Positions 10,901-18,128 are shown, counted from the stretch's first letter. The stretch: 33,495 nt of DNA from a virus (IMGVR_UViG_3300042397_002089:1-33495); one strand, 5' to 3'. Numbers and translations are program-made. Notes: generated by a model not told the origin, from the sequence alone.

Positions 10901-13900
10901 ATCTTTCAAGTGAACTTCAGTATGGGAGCAAAAAAGCCCCGGCAACAGCCAAGCAACTTGCTAGGTTCGATGAACTGGCCGGCCGTCTATTGGATGGTGA
11001 TGTCAAAACAAGTCTTCGGTTCGACAAGGACGCCAAGGTAAAGAAAAGCGCAAAGATTTCAGGGATGCGGTGGAGCAACGATACTTTGGATGCTCTTAGC
11101 GATCTTTGGAAAGAAGTCCGCGGACGCTCTGGATTCAAGAGCGACAACAGCGGTGTCGTCAATGGGTTGTATTCCTACGTCAAGAACTACCACGAACGGA
11201 TCGAGATGCTTAAAAGCGCCTCTCAGGAAGAGGTGAAGACCAAGGCCGTCCCTACAAATTACCGGATGGAGTCGGCCAAGATTGACCAGGGAAGCGCCAC
11301 CGACTACTGGCAGACTGAACTGGAACTGGCCGCCAGGGCCTTCTCTTCCTACGTCGAAGACAAGATTGCCAATGGAGGCGCGCGGAGTGAGTTCCTTTCC
11401 TACGGATCCGACAACGAACTTCCAGGTTACAAAATGTGGGGACTGAAGCCCTTCCCTGAAGGGGAGGAGCGCCTTGCCATCAATGCGGCAATGGACCGGC
11501 TTTTCCGGACGCTGAAGACCAAGGAGACGGAGAAGGGGGTATCCTTCTTCTCCATGAAAGAGGGGCAAGAAAAGCCTCCATTCTACTCCCAACTCCAGCG
11601 CACGATTGAATCTAAGATGCCGAATCGGGCTTCCGTGGATCAGATCCGCGCCATCATCGACCCCGCCAAAGGAAGCGGCGTAAAGCCGGATGAGGTCAAA
11701 TGGAGCAACCTTGAAGGCTTCCTAGAGGGGAAGAAGAGCGTCACCAAGGCCGAGGTTTTGGATTACTTACGAAACGAGGGATCGGTGAAGTTTGAGGAGA
11801 GGACGCTGGCTGGAGAAGACGAATTTGGAATGGAAGCTATTGCATTACCAAACGCCACCAAATACTCCGAATACACGCTCCCCAACGGAGAGAACTACAG
11901 GGAGGTTGTGCTGACTCTTCCTGACAAGGTTACGAAACCTCAATTTACCATAGGTGGTAAAGTATTTAACAAATTAAGTGACGCTCAGGATTACATGAGG
12001 GAATACGGAGGGGTAATTAGAGCAAGGGGAGCAAATTTAAACTCCTACACCTCCTCCCACTTCCCCGACATCCCGAACTATGTAGCGCACATGAGGCTCA
12101 ACGAGCGCAAAGATGCGTCTGGTGCTGATGGCCTCTTTATTGAAGAACTTCAGTCTGACAGGCATCAGCAGGGCAGGGAGAAGGGGTATGCTGGTGAAGG
12201 CACGAATGAAATGGAGGAGTTTGAAAAGTTGCGTGATATTCCTGCATCACAACGCACAGAAGCACAGCAGACTAGGTTTGATGAATTATCTTTCAAGGTT
12301 CTAAAATCGCAAGAAAGAGGAATCCCAGACGCACCCTTCCGCAAGGATTGGCACGTCCAGATGTTCAAGAGAGCCTTGCGTGATGCCGTTGTATCCGGCA
12401 AGGAGTGGATCGGCTGGACAGAAGGCAAGACTCAAAACGAGAGATACCCCGACAGGCCAGAAGAGAAGCAGAAGGGGATGGCAACATTCTATGACGAGAT
12501 TCTTCCCAACGAGATTAAGAAATACGTCAAGAAATGGGGCGCGAAGGTTGAGGAGGGGAAAATTGGTCAATCCATGTCCAAAGAAGACATGGACATGGGA
12601 GATATTTCCGATGCAACTCCAGAAGAACTTGCACAACTTGAAGCGCAAGGAATGGTATCCGGCCCATCTGTTAAAATCTGGAAAGTCACCATCACGCCCG
12701 AGATGCGCGAGAGCATCAAGAACGAGGGACAGACCTTCTTTTCGACTAAGGAAGAATTGGCAGAATTGACAAAGATTGCAGACCCGGATATTTCTGCCCT
12801 TGATGAGCGCGATACAAGACTGGTTGGACGAACCGATGCGGCACGAGCAATCAGCATACTTGAAAGAAAGCTTGAGGAAGAGGCAAAATCTTCAAAAAAG
12901 CCTAGGACTTGGAGAGTTGCCAGCGGAGACTACCATGACGTTCAAGACTCCCCACAAATCGCCCTGGCCAATGCAGTTGCAAGACTTTTCGGACGAGAAC
13001 TTGTAGTCTTTAAGGAGATTGGGAATGCGCCAAACGGCATAGTCAACGGAAGCCTTGAGCTTCGCAGATTCATATTTCTAAACGAGGCCTCGGATAAGCC
13101 CGTTTTCCTGACGCTAGGGCATGAGCTATGGCATATCATTCATACCCAAGCCCCGATTCTAGCGGAATCTCTCAGGAGAGAGCTTCGCCCAATGATGAAT
13201 ATCGGATCAATCAGAGAGGCGAAGGGGCTGTATGATGCCTACCACCATGAGAATGAAGCCATTGGCGACCTTCTAGGGGACATGCTTTCCGACCCAAGAC
13301 GATTCAATGACTTGGCTCAAAGGAATAAAAGCTTGGCAAGAAAGGTTGTTTCCGCAGTCCAAAAGTGGCTTTCAAAAGTCTCCAACGCCTTGAAAAACGC
13401 GGGTTATGGAAGCAATAAGTTTTTCCGGGACATCGAGGAAGCAAGGGACAGGATGGTTGATGTCCTAGCAAAGTTTTCGGAAGCCCCATTTTCCGATCAT
13501 GGTGAGTTTGTTTTTGAGCCGCGGGAATCAAGTGAATCCTATTACTCCAAGAAACAGGATCGACTCCTTGCCGCTATGGATCGGCATAATGCCGCACCTC
13601 CTCTTTCCATGCGGGAGAAGGTTGCTTCCTCCATGCGCCGGATCAAGGGGGTTACAAAAGACCTTCCTGAGTTTGGCGACTTCAAGCGTGAAGTTCTCAA
13701 GTGGAGTTCCAGGAGTCAGCGTAGCGCCAACGAGATCCTGAGAGTCCAGGGTCAAATTGAAGAGGCTGTTCCCTCCAAGGAAAAACGCGACGGGATCACC
13801 AACTTTATCCAGGCCAACGGGGATCAGGGCCTCTTGCGCTCCTGGGCCAATGCCACCAAGAACAAGGCCCTAAAGGCCGGCTACGAGGCCGCATTGACCC

Positions 13901-15963
13901 TCACCCCGGAAGAGATCGCCACGGCCAAGAAGGTCCAGGTGACATACAACACTCTTCATGCCAGGGCGGCCAAGTTCGGGATCGACATGGGTTATCTCCC
14001 CAACTACGTCACCGAGCTATGGAAGCAGGAACCGCAACGCGCCGCGGGATCCAGCCCGAAGCGCCTGAGCGATTTCTTCAAGTTTTCCCAGGAGCGAGTT
14101 TTCCCGAATTACTTTGAAGGCGAACAGGCTGGCTATGAGCCGCAAACCAAGGACATCAGCAAGCTCTTGGGCCTCTACATGAATGAGATGAACAACGCGA
14201 TCAACTCGCGTCGGTTCGTCCAGGAGCTATCAAAAGGAACGGCCAGCGACGGCCGGCCTCTCGTATCTGCCCGTGGAAGCGGACAACTTGTAGGCGAAGA
14301 TGTCGGGGATAAGGTTCACCTCGTTTATCCGGACAAGGCCGCGGAAGGAACTGAGGACTACAAGAAGCTGGATCAACCGGCATTGCATGGTTGGGTCTTT
14401 GCCGGGAAGGATGCCGATGAGAACATGATCCTGGTTAAAGGGGATCTTGCGGTGCATCCGGAGATCGCCACCCATTTTAAGAATGCCCTAGGATCTTCAA
14501 GGATCCGCCAATGGTGGAACGAGAAGACAGAAAACCCATTCCTCAACGCCACCAAGGGGACAGCTAAGTTCATTCTGGATGACCTCCAGGGTGCGGTGAA
14601 GGGAACCATGCTTTCCTTCTCCCCCTTCCACCAGGTTCAGGAGGGGATCCACGCGCTAGGCCACCGGATCAATCCGTTCGGGAACATCCCCAAGATTGAC
14701 CTTCGCCGGCCGGATCAGATGGACGCCGTCGAGCATGGACTCATGCTCTCCCATGACAGGCTTTCACAACACCTCTTCATGGAGGGAGTGGGAACCAACA
14801 ACCGGAACCTGGTGACGGCATTAGTCCGGAAGGTGGGATTCAAGCCAGGACGCCTCGCCGCGGACCGGATCGACGCTTACCAGGACTGGCTTTTCGGCCA
14901 CTACATCCCCGGCCTGAAGTTTAAGACCTACGAGCATATCCTCGAACGAAACACGGCCAGGTATGCAAAGGATCTTTCCATCGGGAAAGCTACCCTGGAC
15001 CAGGTGAAGCTTCTCTCCGCTCGCCAGGCCAACGCGGCCTATGGGCATCTGAACTACACGGACATGGGCCACAATCCGACGATCCGCCATGCCTTCCAGG
15101 TAGTGCTTCTTGCGCCCGACTTCCTGGAGGCCCGCGCCAGGTTCACAGGACAGGCTATCAAGGGACTAGCCGGGAAGGTGGGATCCGAGCAACTTCAGGC
15201 CTTGGCCTTCCTGGCCGTGACTCAGTTCGTCCTGGCGCGGGTCCTGAATAAACTTCAGAACGACGATTATGAATGGGGCCACCCGTTTGAGGTAAAAGTC
15301 GGAAACAAACTCTATGGCCTGAGATCCGTCCCGGAGGACATTTACAAACTCTTTGGCAACACGGCCGGCTTTATCGGAGGCCGTATCTCCCCGATCTTTG
15401 GACGGCTCATCCAGGAAGGCCTCTTCGGAGTCAACTACCGAGGGGAACACACTACCTGGGGGGATGCTCTCAAAGACATCGTTGCCGGGATTGTCCCGAT
15501 GCCGTTCCAGTTTCTCACCAAGGACATTGCGCCAGGCGGCCGCTCCCAAACGATCAACCCAATGGAGCAGATCCTTTCGGCCACCGGCCTTCAGGTTCAC
15601 CGCTACTCCCCCATCAGCGCCACCTATCAACTCGCTAGGAAGTGGACCGAAGCCAACGATCCCGACGATGCCAAGGCGCGGGGGCGCTACCCCGTGAGCA
15701 AATACCAGGGATTAAGGTATGCCTTGGAGGATGGTGACTACCAGGCCGCAAAGGCGGAAATGAGGAAACTCCAGGTCAAAGGGCAGAAACTCCAGGACAT
15801 CCGGGAAGGGTTCAAGACATCCGTTGCCCATCCTTTCACCGGGACGAAACTGAACGACATCCGGTTTGAACGCTCCCTTGCCGGCCACGACAAGGAGATA
15901 TTCAAGGCCGCGGTAGAGCGCCGGAGGATCATCCTTCAGCGGTTTGGACAAGCCCTCAGGTAG
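4921..15963 (+). CDS. Large polyvalent virion/ejection protein, 3680 aa (ParB-like, ART-like, LPD5, zincin, LPD1, EELQSD domain, second zincin, helical C-terminus)
   Basis: Uninterrupted 11-kb ORF in the largest-ejection-protein slot. Motifs: ISGRHRW (~6805), FHGS...YFTSD...A..YA (~7785-7885), EDFGEKIGGARKD (~9772), AHEWFH (~10609), YW...ELAARAF..PFPEGEER (~11300-11480), IEELQSD (~12139), GHELWH..E (~13120). Confidence 0.9.
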   Translation: MSLFDDLDAQNEVEKSPYTQPFNQGNVVVGPDGEDLSLPPNTGAANLYGGATPPASPSPRPKKNIFLELDAMEENRGPVEGTGDGDAQAPSMMPKRRMIPVGSVNPFDKLDGILQPTDDLPQVRDSVADSIGLQRWRDVNDGTEIRRAQPATKSIPEQGSEMPSWAGRNPFETGLREFATAASTSTDNALAGAMRATAGQIQSNTSLAKEKLAGLEASLAKAQETGDQNEIQMFSRDIDSARKEVASLEQADQEAATGTGPLDKIRRAVRGFDQGAKEALQKGAEFFTEKAKSDREFYDTKPNDTSASAQVGRGLGSVASMTPTMVVPGGAGLAIVALQGASASYNEAYEATREQLQKAGVSDEKTIDDASSQAGSTAATKTFPALAAYMVGGKITAAGVSALLKGAAPLVKGIVGGTAAAGANVITSAGIRTAEGEDWRPTIEGTTQDVAFGAIHGAGEYNQAKVTREQEAQRFNENPGQTRSFPGDNSQNRQNPVGNAPKPPQDPSKPAADGNDWTTATDPEEGEAQTPIAPDRQDAPVPSPEPTRTEPPIEQKITPTPSEEAMQKHGLAWADPKTLKLSEDVPNFKEGADEKTGIVEADRLKGKYDPEAAGILHVWERLDGKREIISGRHRWQLALENNTPEVLVKIHREADGFTKEDALTKDAQLNIKDEKGTTKDFAAYFRNDPITREEAEAGGLLSRVKQKAGFEIGRYSSGDLYGLFSAGKISEAKAAAIARTAPNNDGLQRAGMDAAGRMSAEEIPGFLKLLEQSKGPQEVQAGLFGDDDSAIQDSIRISKAAAKKAEELQEQILAVKGASKRPEAAAKLGVNVKDPEGLQKKILDLSMQRERYRNFWQHPEIIQELSGKATAPEEAAAIPEATTPTIERNGEGNLFGEEEMPFNLSGEVDKTSLTPEEQRAKALDEAMAAENEQNQGSLFDEPKGVAKITGDNIKAFHGSRSNERFSAFSEGRDGFTYFTSDKKSAERYANPMGGTEKTAGVYDVSLKIQNPKIYRESNSEEFEAFTNRNITLEPGRDAAILVDKNGNPTDYAIPNSHIENIRITGSREDGMEMGLDVSKREQAPEEVTPNTRTISRDYNGYPKGTQVEIIGKASKDPLSTELQIRFPDGKTDRIPEAWLKKPKTAGTKPKQTLPQLLKEKGRDAVNELLGEWNDAELSADGTYIMGVVDPRSSMKPERIPVREFLDWLQDKESQPSETPTEEAKQTGEISEEYDSLDKSIQVRYGETPLGIPEYRQIARAFMSGELAPESGVRVTLKDGTEFDGVMKESQGMPWISENGSVRLSFYTPEHLESIESIRVTRSASDAIAEKLERKYGEIAYTQPETREDYERTLKGLATQIRKAREESEGGSNVIRYLQLDAQFDKVADEIQLAKNKRAYIKKYPGSYAEGIPFPRRPWHNNDAADQNYSIPKPSDFDPDPEVRKKRSAPHPGNSETLAQLKDSILRAESDIYSKRLSGERKARLEGIIERRKEQIEKGDYYEKRLEAWNKEQGTQETNPEERGSNTEEPGKPFPTTKEEVQSQLDSLSEKRQQESEEAVKTIDQKIEEATTPEEVNSLIKEAKEIAEKRYRSKARQSDKDQYLKRIGIKASVKKKGLEDFGEKIGGARKDTATKGGRGASKPQDDRPGWARRYEILQIQAETSIGGGKEIDPFLKGRWIIRDLRNLDWMKQPKRVGRETYATKEEAEKIVPLIAVARNHSVRMVSKGEEKPAFQIWRKVTDRKMIQVIKEDFPTREAAMDYMAKNAKDIIEAKTAWREELIVKPENATRTGTERRQGPATPEMFQETFGFRGVEFGNWMKQDTGSLERQEVLNNAYDGLKDLAEILGVPDKALSLNGDLGLAFGARGQGLIGAKAHYEPDYGVINLTKMSGAGSLAHEWFHAFDHYLARLDSKASGSREANDTGDLTYKNRGYVSEGFSRNSQVRPEVIEAFDSLMKTMRTKAVQFIEDSKKAEDFVESTKKRLADKLVELRRNLSSELQYGSKKAPATAKQLARFDELAGRLLDGDVKTSLRFDKDAKVKKSAKISGMRWSNDTLDALSDLWKEVRGRSGFKSDNSGVVNGLYSYVKNYHERIEMLKSASQEEVKTKAVPTNYRMESAKIDQGSATDYWQTELELAARAFSSYVEDKIANGGARSEFLSYGSDNELPGYKMWGLKPFPEGEERLAINAAMDRLFRTLKTKETEKGVSFFSMKEGQEKPPFYSQLQRTIESKMPNRASVDQIRAIIDPAKGSGVKPDEVKWSNLEGFLEGKKSVTKAEVLDYLRNEGSVKFEERTLAGEDEFGMEAIALPNATKYSEYTLPNGENYREVVLTLPDKVTKPQFTIGGKVFNKLSDAQDYMREYGGVIRARGANLNSYTSSHFPDIPNYVAHMRLNERKDASGADGLFIEELQSDRHQQGREKGYAGEGTNEMEEFEKLRDIPASQRTEAQQTRFDELSFKVLKSQERGIPDAPFRKDWHVQMFKRALRDAVVSGKEWIGWTEGKTQNERYPDRPEEKQKGMATFYDEILPNEIKKYVKKWGAKVEEGKIGQSMSKEDMDMGDISDATPEELAQLEAQGMVSGPSVKIWKVTITPEMRESIKNEGQTFFSTKEELAELTKIADPDISALDERDTRLVGRTDAARAISILERKLEEEAKSSKKPRTWRVASGDYHDVQDSPQIALANAVARLFGRELVVFKEIGNAPNGIVNGSLELRRFIFLNEASDKPVFLTLGHELWHIIHTQAPILAESLRRELRPMMNIGSIREAKGLYDAYHHENEAIGDLLGDMLSDPRRFNDLAQRNKSLARKVVSAVQKWLSKVSNALKNAGYGSNKFFRDIEEARDRMVDVLAKFSEAPFSDHGEFVFEPRESSESYYSKKQDRLLAAMDRHNAAPPLSMREKVASSMRRIKGVTKDLPEFGDFKREVLKWSSRSQRSANEILRVQGQIEEAVPSKEKRDGITNFIQANGDQGLLRSWANATKNKALKAGYEAALTLTPEEIATAKKVQVTYNTLHARAAKFGIDMGYLPNYVTELWKQEPQRAAGSSPKRLSDFFKFSQERVFPNYFEGEQAGYEPQTKDISKLLGLYMNEMNNAINSRRFVQELSKGTASDGRPLVSARGSGQLVGEDVGDKVHLVYPDKAAEGTEDYKKLDQPALHGWVFAGKDADENMILVKGDLAVHPEIATHFKNALGSSRIRQWWNEKTENPFLNATKGTAKFILDDLQGAVKGTMLSFSPFHQVQEGIHALGHRINPFGNIPKIDLRRPDQMDAVEHGLMLSHDRLSQHLFMEGVGTNNRNLVTALVRKVGFKPGRLAADRIDAYQDWLFGHYIPGLKFKTYEHILERNTARYAKDLSIGKATLDQVKLLSARQANAAYGHLNYTDMGHNPTIRHAFQVVLLAPDFLEARARFTGQAIKGLAGKVGSEQLQALAFLAVTQFVLARVLNKLQNDDYEWGHPFEVKVGNKLYGLRSVPEDIYKLFGNTAGFIGGRISPIFGRLIQEGLFGVNYRGEHTTWGDALKDIVAGIVPMPFQFLTKDIAPGGRSQTINPMEQILSATGLQVHRYSPISATYQLARKWTEANDPDDAKARGRYPVSKYQGLRYALEDGDYQAAKAEMRKLQVKGQKLQDIREGFKTSVAHPFTGTKLNDIRFERSLAGHDKEIFKAAVERRRIILQRFGQALR

Positions 15964-15969
15964 GCAAGT

Positions 15970-16002
15970 GGTAGTTGGTGATCATCAGCATCTACCTTTC
16001 CT
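15970..16002 (+). terminator. Possible terminator hairpin after the giant gene
   Basis: Imperfect inverted repeat GGTAGtTGgTGAT-c-ATCAgCAtCTACC followed by a pyrimidine tract (TTTCCTTCCCTT). Confidence 0.35.
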
Positions 16003-16028
16003 TCCCTTGATTTAGAACAACTTACGGG

Positions 16029-16164
16029 ATGTCCCCTCTAACAAGGGGGGATGTCCCGGCCAACATGGGCGGAAGGCGCTCGATGTCCCGGAGTGTTTCC
16101 TGAATGTCCCGCCCAACCATACCGAAAAGCGTGAAATGTCCCGGCCTTCCTGATAAATGTCCCG
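16029..16164 (+). repeat. Array of six ATGTCCC(G) boxes in three degenerate ~53-bp units
   Basis: Boxes start at 16029, 16051, 16083, 16104, 16136 and 16157 (spacing 22, 32, 21, 32, 21). Confidence 0.9.
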
Positions 16165-16313
16165 TTGATGCGGTTGGGTTGAAAACCGAATAAAACAGGA
16201 AACAGACTACACCAATTATTAGGTGTGCAGGGTTTGCAAGAGGGTTGTACCTATTTGATGCCGCGACTACCGAGGGTTAAATCCCTTGCCTCCCAAAACG
16301 CCAAAAGCCTCAT

Positions 16314-16345
16314 AAAGTGTCAGCACCTTCATTTTTACTGACATG
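16314..16345. promoter_or_regulatory. Left arm-type integrase sites of attP (TGTCAG motif)
   Basis: AAAGTGTCAG at 16314-16323 and inverted CTGACATG at 16338-16345, both matching sites right of the core. Confidence 0.65.
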
Positions 16346-16366
16346 TTTCTAGTGTAGGGAGGATGA

Positions 16367-16390
16367 GTTCGAATCCCTCCCTCACCGCCA
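16367..16390 (+). mobile_element. attP core identical to the 3' end of a tRNA-Ser (T-loop to CCA)
   Basis: GTTCGAATCCCTCCCTCACCGCCA is the T-loop, 3' T-stem, acceptor strand, discriminator G and CCA of GGTGAGG-type tRNA-Ser; the 5' part of the tRNA is absent; ~100 bp upstream of the integrase. Confidence 0.88.
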
Positions 16391-16482
16391 TTCTTCAGAG
16401 TCGAAGGAATGGCCCCTGGACCCCGATAGAATGGGCCTCCGAAGCGATACGAAAGCATTTGAAAAATTGCGAAAAGCAAGGC

Positions 16483-16502
16483 AAAGTGTCAGGACATGTC
16501 AG
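16483..16502 (+). promoter_or_regulatory. Right arm-type integrase sites overlapping the int start codon
   Basis: AAAGTGTCAG (16483-16492) and CATGTCAG (16495-16502), TGTCAG repeated 10 bp apart. Confidence 0.65.
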
Positions 16503-17530
16503 CGACCCCCAAGCAACGCGCGCGCCGGTTGACCCCTCGTTTCTACCCCTCTGAGGATCGTTGGGTGGTTGATCTTCCGGCCGACATGAACGCCGGCCAT
16601 CGGGCCAGGAAACTCTTCAAGCGCCAGGATTCCGCCTTCCGCTTCATCAGTCAGTTCATGGCCGCCTCCAGGATCGGGACGCTCACGGAACGAGTGGCGA
16701 AGGCCGACGCCTCCAATAAGATCAGCGGCCTTGTGCCGCTCTACTTGGCAAGCATGGAAATGGATGGGCAATCCCCGGACGGGATCAAACAGGCCAAGAC
16801 TTGCCTTCGCCGGTTCGTGCTGGCCTTTGGGGATCTTTCCCCCGATGCCATCACCGGAGATGACATTGACGATTGGATTGAGCGCCTCGACTTCGCCACC
16901 CGCACGATCTTCAACCATTTCGCCCAGGCCCGTCAGTTTTACGCCTGGAAGGAGATAAGGAAGCTTGTCACCAAATCCCCGTTTGAGGAGGCCACGACGC
17001 CACCCAAGACGGATGAGGATGCCAGGAAGCAAATCCTCACTCCGGATCAGATGAGGGAACTTCTTGATCTTCCGATTTCGGATCCTTGGATCAAGTGCAA
17101 GATTGTCCTGGGGGGATTTGCCGGCCTGAGGACATGCGAGATGGCAAGGATGAGTTACGATTGCGTAGATGAGGAGTTTGAGGAGATCAACGTCAACAAG
17201 AACCAATCCAAAAAGGGCAAGGCCATGAGGCCCCGGAGCATCACGCTCCAGGATGCCGTGCTTCGCCACCTCCCCAAGGGGGAAGGTCCATTGATCTCAT
17301 CGAGCAAGGAGTGGAGGCATCACCGCGGGATGCCGGCCGAGGCCCGGTTAGGCTATAAGCGCTTCCCTCAGAATGCCCTCAGGCACTCGTTCGCCTCGTA
17401 TCACTTGGCTCATTTTCGCGATGCATCAAAGACGGCCTTTGAAATGGGCCATACCAATTCAAAACTGCTTTACGAAACCTATGCCAATGCCGTGAGCCGG
17501 AGGGACGCCGCGGCCTGGTGGGCGCTTTAG
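16496..17530 (+). CDS. int: Tyrosine recombinase / phage integrase
   Basis: GLRTCE (catalytic R), NALRHSFASY (xxLRH box), MGHT and the catalytic Y in ETYAN; N-terminal beta-sheet arm-binding-like region; adjacent attP. Confidence 0.93.
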   Translation: MSATPKQRARRLTPRFYPSEDRWVVDLPADMNAGHRARKLFKRQDSAFRFISQFMAASRIGTLTERVAKADASNKISGLVPLYLASMEMDGQSPDGIKQAKTCLRRFVLAFGDLSPDAITGDDIDDWIERLDFATRTIFNHFAQARQFYAWKEIRKLVTKSPFEEATTPPKTDEDARKQILTPDQMRELLDLPISDPWIKCKIVLGGFAGLRTCEMARMSYDCVDEEFEEINVNKNQSKKGKAMRPRSITLQDAVLRHLPKGEGPLISSSKEWRHHRGMPAEARLGYKRFPQNALRHSFASYHLAHFRDASKTAFEMGHTNSKLLYETYANAVSRRDAAAWWAL

Positions 17531-17847
17531 GGTTTCAGAACCTTCCACCCTGGGCGGCTAGGGATCCCGGTCGTGGTCCAGAAATTATCCGTCCCCAGGA
17601 GGAGCGAGGGATGCTGTCCGTCCAGGCCGATTGTCACCCTATCCCTGCGGGGATCGGATCCTACCCCGTTGACATACATTTTGTTGTCCTGAAGAACGTA
17701 GTAGCGCGCTCTGACAGATTCCGCATAAGCCTTCCTGGCCTGCACCGCGGCCGCGGCCGCATCGGCCTTCATGGTCCGGTCAATGTAGAAGACGACAAGG
17801 ACCAGGAAGGACAGGGCAATGACCCAAAGTGGATTGAACATTCGCAT
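17527..17847 (-). CDS. Membrane-anchored protein, possible superinfection exclusion / lysogenic conversion
   Basis: N-terminal TM helix (LWVIALSFLVLVVFYI); co-oriented downstream of the leftward regulator, convergent with int. Confidence 0.55.
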   Translation of the reverse strand: MRMFNPLWVIALSFLVLVVFYIDRTMKADAAAAAVQARKAYAESVRARYYVLQDNKMYVNGVGSDPRRDRVTIGLDGQHPSLLLGTDNFWTTTGIPSRPGWKVLKP

Positions 17848-17902
17848 CTCTTAGTTCTTCTCAGAGTCTCTGGATTGAGATACAACAAGAAGCTTAATTA
17901 TT

Positions 17903-18118
17903 CTAGGCGTCTTGTGCCTTTAGCCGGCCGACGGCTTTGCTTTTAGCCCCCTCACCCGCGGAGCGAACCAGATCCGCCAGGTACTTGCTGACGCCCCCGT
18001 TGGTTCGCTCAGGGTAGTAGCCATTTGCAACCGCTTGTTGGATGGCGAGTTCATCCATGTCGGTGTTCCACCGGATCGTTCGGTTCCGTTGGGAGGATGT
18101 TTTTTTTTCTGTTGCCAT
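17903..18118 (-). CDS. Ribbon-helix-helix regulator, leftward (repressor-like position)
   Basis: RNRTIRW strand, helix (DMDELAIQQA), GGVSKYLADLVR helix; ATG at 18118 (alternative 18136). Confidence 0.72.
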   Translation of the reverse strand: MATEKKTSSQRNRTIRWNTDMDELAIQQAVANGYYPERTNGGVSKYLADLVRSAGEGAKSKAVGRLKAQDA

Positions 18119-18128
18119 AAGAGAAACC

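Noticed and set aside
4921-15963. Virion RNA polymerase (N4-like) or DarB-like methylase/helicase
   Set aside because: No DxDGD or T7-type RNAP motifs, and no NPP[YF] or SNF2 Walker motifs recognised
16029-16164. CRISPR or mini-CRISPR array
   Set aside because: Repeats are only 7-8 bp, spacers are related to each other rather than unique, and there is no cas operon
16300-16390. Complete tRNA gene
   Set aside because: Only the T-loop to CCA is present; no D arm, anticodon arm or pairing 5' acceptor strand
16267-16554. Short ORFs across attP (16267-16479 minus, 16363-16554 plus)
   Set aside because: Their peptides (GGEGGIRT, SSNPSLTA) are translations of the tRNA fragment
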